A program made the position numbers and the translations under genes. Below are positions 1 through 16,849 of a stretch of 64,000 nt of DNA, in pieces. Every line of letters starts with the position of its first letter. The first letter of the stretch is position 1. The stretch is from the human T2T-CHM13v2.0 reference genome, Homo sapiens, in NCBI RefSeq assembly GCF_009914755.1, contig NC_060930.1. One strand, written 5' to 3'. The notes beneath the pieces were generated by a model. It had not been told where the DNA came from, made no database searches, and worked only from the letters and a program-made list of their open reading frames with translations.

Positions 1-732
1 TTGGAGGACGGAATAATGGCAGGAAACATTTAGGAATGTGAATGCGTAACAGGGCTATGTTGCCAGGGATTTGTAGCTCTGACAATTGGGAGTTCTCTCT
101 GGGAGAGATCCCAGTGGTCCATGACATGTAGTAATTTGAAATTTGCTGAGGCGCAAATTCAAGTACATCCTAGGAGGCTTGTGGGGAGGGAGACAGTCAT
201 TGAGCTAGTGAGCAAGCCACGCCCCCTGCTCCATGTATGTGTTTAAACATGGCATGCATGCTATTTTTTTCTGTTCTTTGTCTTCACAGAGTAATTCCCT
301 TCAGGTAATAGAAACTCTTTTCATCTGAAGAATGATGATGAAGTGAAAGGTGAAGCTTGAGTGAAATGTGTGTTGCAAACATAAGCCAAGGAAAATATAG
401 GCTCTTGATAAAGGTGTGAGTTCCCCAGAAAGCCAGAGCCACTGTAGGACTTCATGTATCGTACAAGTGGGCGATTCCTGGTGCTCTCTTGTTGGTAGCT
501 CTACAGGCTGTCAGGGATCAAGGCAATATTATTTGCTGCTTTTTTTTTAAGAACCTGTAGGGGTGAGCATTGATTTGAGGCAATATATAATGATTGATTA
601 TATAGCCTGTGGAAGATAGAAACTTAGTGTGTAGAAATCGTTTAAAAAGAGGAAAAACTATATTGTATATGTGGGGATTTGTTTGTTTGCTACTAATTCC
701 AGTGCTTTTTGTTTTTGTTTTCTATTTATTTC

Positions 733-886
733 TTTTGAGACCAGGTTATAAGACTGGCTAATTTTTGTATTTCTGGTAGAGACAGGATTTTGCCCAGGCT
801 GGTCTCGAACTCCTGGGCTCAAGCTATCCATCCACCTTAGCTTCCCAAAGTGCTGGGAATGCAGATGTGAGCCACCATGCCCAGCC
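733..886 (-). mobile_element. Alu fragment (left arm; right arm mostly deleted)
   Basis: Antisense Alu left-monomer sequence ending ...GAGCCACCATGCCCAGCC. Confidence 0.8.
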
Positions 887-1301
887 TTCCGGTACTTTTT
901 CATCAATTGCTTTAGGAGTGACTTTGTAAAGTTCTCTGATATTATCTGAGTAGTCAAGTTCTTTAGGATTGTGTCATCAGTCTCAAGTTTGCCCAGAGCT
1001 GGGGCTTTTCCACAAATCTTGGGGGTAAGAGAGAGAGATGAAGAGTTGGAGCCAGGACAAGGATCGTCAGTGGGAAAATCAGGACCAGATTCTGCTTCTA
1101 CCTTCATGTGTAGATGCTGACTCTTTTGAAAGAACTACAATAAAGTCACCTGTGGATTGACCCACATGCCTTAGCTCTGAAACACGCAAACTGGCTAACT
1201 GGGGAATCCACTCCCATGCCATTCTCTAATATTTGTTCATCTAAACTTAGCATCCTGTAATGTGCTTGTGAGTCATAATTGCAATTGTAGAAAGAGAAAG
1301 A

Positions 1302-2043
<742 letters not shown>

Positions 2044-3754
2044 TTATTAATTAATGTCATTTAATTTTAAATGAGAAATTATGCCTCATGTAAAAGTTTT
2101 TTTGTAAAAGGCTAGGCTGAGATTCATTCATTGCCTCACCATGGATGCCACCATGAGTCTAACTCTGCTGTCTCAGCTCTGCAAACACAGATGATAGATG
2201 GGCATCTCATCTGAACATCATTAGGTCCAGGGAACACTTGTCCATGCCACCCTGACTGACTTTAATCCAGTGGGTGTTTGTTGAGTGTCTGCTACCTGCA
2301 ACACCAGCCAGGTGGCTTGATATGGTAAAGACGCAAGAAATGTTAGCTTAACATATTGATGCAAGCTACTGTAGTTGGCCCTGGGGAGAAGGGAAGTATA
2401 AAAATGAACAAAGTGTAGTCTTCATCTCCTTGAGGCTTACAATCCAGGGACAGACAGGACAAGTAATTATTAGTCAAGCTGACCATACTGTGTGTTATCA
2501 AGGAGGAAGGAAGTTCTATGGAAGTACAGAGGAAACAGGAGGGTGGGAAAAGTGGGAAGGCAGGGGAGGTGTCCATAGGAAAGGAACACCAGGCAACAGG
2601 AAGAACACAGGCAGAGCTGGGTGGACACCAATTGAGAAACTTGGGAATAACACCGCATGGCAAGAGTGGAGAGTGGTCTGGAGCAGCATGGAGGAGGCGT
2701 GGTGGAAGATGGGGCTGGAGATGCCAGTCATTCTGAGGGTGCTTGGGGACCTGTCAGATGGTTTAGAGCAGGGAGTGAGGCATCAGATTTGTGTTTTAGA
2801 AGAAGGTGAAGAGAATGGATTGGAGTAGGGGAAGTGCCATTGGGAGGCTATTGTAATGTTTCACTGGATAAATGACAGGGCTTGACTGAGAGCAGTGGAA
2901 ATGAAATTGAGGTTACTCAAGAATGATTTGTCTTCGAAAGCCAATCTGTGAATTTATAATGGGCATGAACTTACCAACCACTGGAATGATTAGGTCAGCT
3001 GGCCGGAACACTACTTTTAAAAGTGAAGTCCATTAATAATCAAAAGATTACTGGCTGAAAGTGAAGTGAAGGCAAAAGGAGTTGGATGGTCTGAGAGGAC
3101 CTTTTACCCCATCGATAGTAGTTTTTACATAGCAGTAATACTAAAGCTTAATCTTTGGTGGGTTGTTGTTCTCTCTGGAGAGATACTTGGCCTGCCACAA
3201 AAGGAGGAGCTGCTTCTCTGGCCAGCACTGGACAGAAGCTGGCCAGCATATTCCAGGATCTTTGGTTTGCAAGAAAGTGAGCTTGCTCAGATTAGCAGGT
3301 AGAATGAGGAATAATCGTAAGGAAAGGAAATATTCCAACTCCAAAGCTAGAAAGCCAGCCAGGCCTCAGGGGACTCAGATATCAATCAGGCACTTTCTCC
3401 TCCCTTCTCCCCTCCATGCCCAGTGAGAATCTGCTTTCTTCCCCTCTACCCCAATCACTGGTCCTTCTGAGGCCGTGCACTTACATGGGCCCCATTACCA
3501 CTTCTCCAAAATGGTGGCATTGCCCCCTAGGCTTTCTAGCCTTGTAGTCTGCTCCTCACAGCTGACCCAGTCTCTGTGTCCCAAGTGCTAATACCCAGAA
3601 GAGAGGATCCTAATGGCCCAGGTTGGGTCAGATGTCGTTCTCTAAGCAGGCTAAAGATGTGATGTGACAGATGCTTTGAGAAAAAACAAAATAGTAGTAA
3701 AGAATGGGTAACTCTAATATATTTTAAACGTTTCTGGACTTCATGTTAACCCAG

Positions 3755-4263
3755 TGTATTGGTTGTCTATGACTATATAACAAGGCACCCTAAAATGTAG
3801 CAGCTTAAAACAGCAAGCATTTATTACGTCACAGTTCTGTGGGTCAGGAATGCAAGAAGAGCTTAGTTGAGTGTTTTTGTCTCAGGGTCTCTCATGAGTT
3901 TATAGTTAAGCTGGCCCCTGGGGCTGCAGTCCTGTGAAGGGTAGGCTGGGGATGATCTGTTTCCAAGCTCACCCGTGAGGCGGTCTGGCTACCAGCAGGA
4001 TGCCTAAGCTATTAGCTATTGGCTGGAGACTTCAGTTCCTCACCACATGGGTCTGTCCATAGACTCTCTGAGTGTCCTCATGACATGGCAGCCAGCTTCT
4101 CCCAGAGTGAGCGATCCAGAGAGCACCCAAGATGGGAAGCTTCTGCCCTATCCTATTGGTCACCCAAACCAACCCTGGTACACAGTAGGAGGGAGGATGC
4201 ACAAAGGTGAGAATACCAGGAGGTGAGGCTTGCTAGGGGCCATCTTGGAAGTTAGTTACCATA
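3755..4263 (-). mobile_element. MaLR solo LTR (MLT1 family)
   Basis: TGTATT...GCTTAAAACAGCAAGCATTTATT...CACAGTTCTGTGGGTCAGGAAT...GGGGCCATCTTGGAAG...TACCATA, typical of MLT1 LTRs. Confidence 0.75.
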
Positions 4264-4519
4264 TCTGGTCAAGAAACATTCCTTTAGTGCCTACTGTGTG
4301 CCAAGTGCCGGGACTGGGAGCTACATGACACAGAGTCTGTCCTAGAGCATCAAGCTCACTGTCTGGGCTGGAGAAGCCTCACACAAACACAATACCATGT
4401 GTGCTCGGAGCCCTCACCTCTGCCCACCGACCTTCCATACTGCTACCACATTTATCCTCATGGAATTCAAATCTGTTCATAGCATTCTCTTATTGTGTCC
4501 TGTTTGTCTAGAATTTTTT

Positions 4520-4760
4520 TTGTTCAAAAACTTAAAGATCACCACCACAGTAAGAAATACACTTATATTACAAACAAGTACATACATACACAGACACATT
4601 TATAACTGAAACAGATTTCCCAAGTTTACACCCTTACTGCTTGTATGTATTCTGGTATCTTCTGATCTAGGTTCTTTCATTTTTTATAAAAGCTGGTCAC
4701 AGTCTCATGACTTGCACAGCCTACTGCATTGTGACCTGCAGTGTGGAAAGCAGCGGCCTA
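4520..4760 (-). mobile_element. hAT-Charlie-type MER (non-autonomous DNA transposon), degraded
   Basis: Resembles the reverse complement of the element at 6828-7067. Confidence 0.5.
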
Positions 4761-4925
4761 CGGATCATCCACACCCTTCCATGATCTGCAAAGCCCCTCA
4801 TCATCTGCCTGTCCCCCTCATTTATATTTAAGGACTTTGCCAAATACACTCTCTTAGGTTCCTCTACCAGGAGCTCTCTTCTGCCTTTCCCCATGTGATT
4901 TGGAGAACTCTTAGTCATTCTTTAA

Positions 4926-5730
<805 letters not shown>

Positions 5731-5879
5731 TGAACAGGATTGCCTACTCTGTCCTCCGACTCCCAGAGCTTTTCACTGACACCTGGGGACTGCTGGGTCC
5801 CTCCTTCTCTCCTAGCCTGCCCAGGGCCACCCCAAGCCTGCAGTAGATTTTCATTTATCTCTGTAAGAACGTTTACAAG

Positions 5880-6260
5880 GACATGGAGCAAATTAGCATC
5901 ACACAAATGACGATGCTGCAAATGAGCGGTGTACAGGGTTGGCGGGTGTTGCAGGCAGGTTTCCTGTCGTTGGCGCCACGTGCTGCAGAAAGAGGACCCC
6001 TCCCCCTGCGGGCCGCCGCTGCGCCCGTGCATCCGTCACAGGTACAATTCGCACCGGAACTTGCGGCCCGGCTTCATTACGTGATGCTTTTTAGCTGCTC
6101 TGGTTTCTTTTTGTTTTTTCTACTTTTCTCATTTGTTTGTGTTGTTAGGGACCGCCTAGTGAGAAATTGAGCTTCAGGCTGCGCAGATAGAAAGGCCTCT
6201 ATATCTGCATCCCCACCCCTGTGGGGGTGGCGGGGGGTGGTGGGGGGGTCCTGTCTGAAG
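5880..6260. promoter_or_regulatory. Small CpG-rich non-repeat element (candidate CTCF site/enhancer)
   Basis: Local CpG cluster outside Alus, with CACGTG (5977-5982), two CTCF-like motifs on the - strand (5973-5986, 6000-6012), ETS-like ACCGGAA and a G-run tract. Confidence 0.55.
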
Positions 6261-6827
6261 TGGTAGGGAAGGAGGGTTTTGAGGTTTTTGACTATTTGCT
6301 TGCAAGTATCTAAGTAAGAGATTTGTTTGCCCACATTTGCACTCTCTTGGCTAGCAACCCGACAAAATATTTTCTGATGGTTTTTCGTGTATGTGGTTTT
6401 TGTTTTTGAGGGAGAGAATAATTAACACCTTGGTTAAATTGTACTGAGATACAATGGCTGTTTTTAAAAATTGCTGTTAACTGAAGGGTTGAAGCTAGTA
6501 TAATTCCCAGGCTCAGCCTCTTGGGAGGCTGAGTCTCCAATAGCATAGTCTTCAATAGACTATGCTGTGAATTGTAATCAGAAAAGAAAAAAAAATTAGA
6601 CACGAGCAAAAGCAATTAAAGTATTTATTCTCCAATATTCGCATTTCTGCATTTGTCAGCAGCTGTGGAACTGTCACAAGATATGCTGATTTGGTTGTGG
6701 TATGTGCCTGTCTGGGGAGGGGAGGAGGAGGATGAAGGCAGACTGTAAACAAATCATTATTGTAAAGTGATCAGTGGGTAATAGAGGCGTGTATAGAGTG
6801 CATAGAGAAGGGACTCACTCATTTTAA

Positions 6828-7067
6828 GCAATGTTTTTCAAATGGGGTCACCTCCATTAGTGAATCATGAAGTCCTTTACCAAGTGCCTAACAGCATTTG
6901 AAAAAATAAAGACAATATAGAATGAAATACATCAAGATGCATCCTCCATAGTAGGTTTAGATATTTTTTTTCAAAAACCTTTGTTTCAATTATGTATCTA
7001 CTGAATTACAATGTGAAATGTGTTTCTTGGGATTGAGTCTCAAGCAAAGATGTTTGAAAGCCACTGA
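6828..7067 (+). mobile_element. hAT-Charlie-type MER (non-autonomous DNA transposon)
   Basis: Terminal inverted repeats CAATGTTTTTCAAA / TTTGAAAGCCACTG around an approximately 240-bp AT-rich body. Confidence 0.6.
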
Positions 7068-7598
7068 GTTAGGCGACGGGAGAAGGCTTCCCAGAGGAGG
7101 TGGCATTGGAGCTGGGCCTTGAAGAATGGTGGACTTGTGCCACAGGAAAAGGGAATTCCAGGCAGATGGGAAAGGATATGTCCAAATCTGGATCTGTTTG
7201 TTCAGGGGCAGGGTATTCTCTGTAAAGGGACCACAGGGTACTAGGAGAGGACTGGCTCGAGATGTGCCGGGGGAGGCAGGTGGAGCCAATTACCGAGCCA
7301 CTTGAAAGTACATATACCACTTCTCAGCTTGCCCTAGAAATTCCCATTCTCTGGTTATGGATTTGGGTTTGGGAATCTGTACTTGCAATAAACATCCCTG
7401 GGCAGTGAGGCAGTGAGGTGCTGATGAAGGTGTGACACAACCAGCTCTAGAATCTAGAAAGATGATCTTTGTAGCAATTTGGATAGGAGATCAATGGGAG
7501 GCCAAGCAATAGGCGGACCTGAATTCAGGTGATGGTAATTGGCAAAGAATTACCATTGAGGGAGGATGGTATTCGAGGGAGATTTTGGAAGTGAGTTT

Positions 7599-9002
<1,404 letters not shown>

Positions 9003-9681
9003 GCTCCATGGTTTGAGGGAGAATGAGGAGGAATCATAGACAAATGAAAAGTATCCAGGGGTTGGTCTAGGGGAAAGGTGGGTGTTACAAACATGCATAG
9101 AGACTAGAGAGGAAGAGCAAATTCAGAAGGGAAGATGATTACTTGAGTTTTGGTGCTTGCATGTGGTGGGGCAGGAGTAACTCATCGCATTTTCACCAGG
9201 CCGCGTGCGAAATATCCTTTCAGAGCATCAGTGTGCCCTTTGCTCTGACTGCCAATCTCTGAACATCCTCCTGATTGTCTTAGACCTGACTCAGGATTGA
9301 TAAATACACCTAACTAGTAGTTGATTGTATGATTTATAGTGAGAGAGATATATAAACATTTGGAGTATAAGAGTACTTGTACCTTTGCACAGGGTGTCAC
9401 TTTTACAGTATTAGGGTCCCTGGGAAATGGAACTAGTAATTGGAAGATTTAGGAAAGAAAGAATTATATGGTCTAAGGGTATTTAATCAGGCTCTAAAAA
9501 GTGCTCAAGTAAGAATGTGGCTCTTTAGTGATCAGAATACTTGTGAGGGTCACACAGTGTCTCCACTCCCGTAGTTTTTTTTTTCTTTATTGTCAAGGAT
9601 ATTTCTTTGTGCCTGCTTAGTACATACTTATTTCCTTGTCTTCCACTCATATTTATGAGTCATCTTTTTCAGAGTGGTTCC

Positions 9682-9977
<296 letters not shown>

Positions 9978-10642
9978 AGAGTAGTTCCTTCTTCAGATGT
10001 TTTACCTCTTAGTAGTTTCATTTTCAGAAAGCACACTGACATTTATTGGGCAAGTCCCTTTACATGGGTGTTCTATCTTAGAGACTGACTTTCTCACTAA
10101 GCTCCAAGTGTGCTTTGTGGTAGCACCTTAAAGCCTGATTATGTGACCTCCATTCCACTTCCTCTCCACTCCCCCATCCTCCTGAGCAGGTGGAATAGAA
10201 GGAATGCTCTATTTAGGAGAGTTAAAGAGTTCTGATAGAATACCAGGGGGACCTGGGAGCCAGTGAATGGCACATCCTGGGCATGCCTTCCAACAGCATG
10301 TGGTGCCCCCCTAACCTGATGGCTGTCCTCCCCTCAACATACTCTATGGGGAAACAGTCTACATGGGTAAGACAGGAAGGCCAGTGGGAGTGCTGAATGC
10401 TTTTTTTTTATTATTAACAGCTCTGCTGTATTGTATTAATTCCTTATCCTTGTACTGAAAGCTTGTAGGAGTTCAGATTTTTTTTAAGTCTGTCAAGGAA
10501 AATAACCAGCTTGAAACATGTCATTTAATATAGAGACAAATAGCTTTAGTCCTCTACAAGGATGATGTGAAGTGTTTAAATTCATATATTGAATAAAATA
10601 ATGTAGGCAAGGTATTGAAAACATTTGTAATCACTCCAATAA

Positions 10643-13270
<2,628 letters not shown>

Positions 13271-13440
13271 TGTTCTTGTATTTGGACATTCTCTTTAAAA
13301 AGCCTGCAATGCCCTAAGCTCTTTATGAGTATATAAATTCAGGTTTGTTAGGTCATTTTTCAAAGTCAGATTTCAGTTTCCTTGCAATTCTGGCTGACTT
13401 GAGAGGATAGCTTTCCGAAATCCATTACTGTTTTATTGGA

Positions 13441-13966
<526 letters not shown>

Positions 13967-14011
<45 letters not shown>
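13967..14011 (+). repeat. (CA)n microsatellite at Alu tail
   Basis: About 22 CA units after the Alu A-tail. Confidence 0.95.
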
Positions 14012-14014
<3 letters not shown>

Positions 14015-14403
14015 CATTGGAGCTGTGGAGCAACAGCTGTAAAACTTGCTTGGTTGGTCCTAATTGCAATGCATAATATATGGACTCTTGAAATGTAATT
14101 CTTAGAAATGGGTATTATAATTACATCCCAGCCAATCCAAAGGCAACTTAAAACATGTTTAAAAAATTTTCCAAGCCAATTAGAAAACTGGTTGGTCCAA
14201 CCATCAGGTGTAGAAAAATATGCTAATTTATGCAAAGATTACTGTTCCAAGGAGCCCTTGGCTGCATTTGAAGCAAAATATCTGAGAAAACACCTCAATG
14301 ATACTGTGTAATACTAAATCACTGAATGTATTTTTAAGGCACATTTAAATATAAAGCATACATTATGAATGATAGAATGGCAGTACCAGAACAAGATATA
14401 GTG

Positions 14404-15813
<1,410 letters not shown>

Positions 15814-16325
15814 TAGTTTACAGAGAAGTTTCAACAATTTGAGATTTGAGATTAAAAATAGGTGGTAGTTATACTTGGACCAAAGAATGTTAAAAGATTG
15901 ACTAGCTCTCTTTTAAGAATGAGGGGGTTATGTAATGAAAATTCCGCAAATATAGAGATAAAAGATATCTACATAAAGAGAAGGCAGTAGAAAATGAATG
16001 TTTTGAGAGTGATTTACTCTGCCTCACCTTCCTTTTAGTCACTGAAGTTTTGTTTTCCTTTTTAATGTTCACATACGGGCTTCACAGGTAAGCTTTCAAG
16101 AATTTTGGAATGGACAAAGAGTGTTGCAAAGGAAAGCTTAGTACATTTGAAAGTTAGGATGAACCAGTTATTTGCCTAATAACTAAGTTAAAAGTCGTTT
16201 TGGTTTTTAAAAAGCATATGCAAAACGTATTCACTGAGGCTTGCTCTAATTAGAGTTCTAAACAAATCTTGTAGGGTTTTTTTTTTTTGTCTTTAATCTC
16301 CCCCCTTCCCGTGTCAAGTTAAACT

Positions 16326-16337
16326 GGGTGGGTGGGT

Positions 16338-16371
<34 letters not shown>

Positions 16372-16379
16372 AGAGAGAG
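16326..16379 (+). repeat. (GGGT)4-(TG)15-(GA)n compound microsatellite
   Basis: Read directly. Confidence 0.95.
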
Positions 16380-16584
16380 CCTGCAAGAGAATTAGCACGC
16401 ACCTCGTGGATCTTAGTAATTGTTTTAAAGCCAAATAAAACTGTTTCTTGAATAAACCAATACATTTCTGAAGTTGAAAAGAATCCCAAAGGAAACGAAT
16501 GAACATCCTTGCAGCTTGATTTTCCAAAAAAAAAAAAAAATTTTTTTTAATTAAAAAAATCCTAATCTCCACATTTTTTGCCAG

Positions 16585-16849
16585 GCGAGAACCGAAGTTT
16601 GGAGGTAGACGAGCAGGCGAGCGGTTTGCCCGGGCGCAGAGCATGAAGGCCGGGCGGGCGCGGGGAGCGGGCGCCCGCCGCCCGGCGCGGGGGTGAGCGA
16701 GAGAGAGAGCGGAGCGCGTGTGGCCGGCGCCGCTCGGCCGGGAGCTCCCGCGCTCGCGCCCCGCGCCCCGCGCCCGCCGCCGCCGCCGCCGCCGCCCCTG
16801 TTGCGATGGCGCAGAAACCCCGTTGACAAGGCACTGCTTTTTCATGACG
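16585..16849 (+). other. BICRAL: BICRAL 5'UTR first exon in CpG island (5' boundary uncertain)
   Basis: Strong donor ACG|GTGAGT (GT at 16850-51) inside the CpG island upstream of the BICRAL coding exons. The TSS cannot be located from sequence; 16585 is a candidate acceptor boundary (CCTAAT...TTTTTTGCCAG). Confidence 0.75.
16776..16796 (+). repeat. (GCC)7 trinucleotide repeat in 5'UTR
   Basis: Seven perfect GCC units read directly. Confidence 0.95.

Noticed and set aside
315-410. Faint resemblance of the translation (HLKNDDEVKGEA) to a mariner transposase C-terminus
   Set aside because: Too short and stop-ridden to support without an HMM search.
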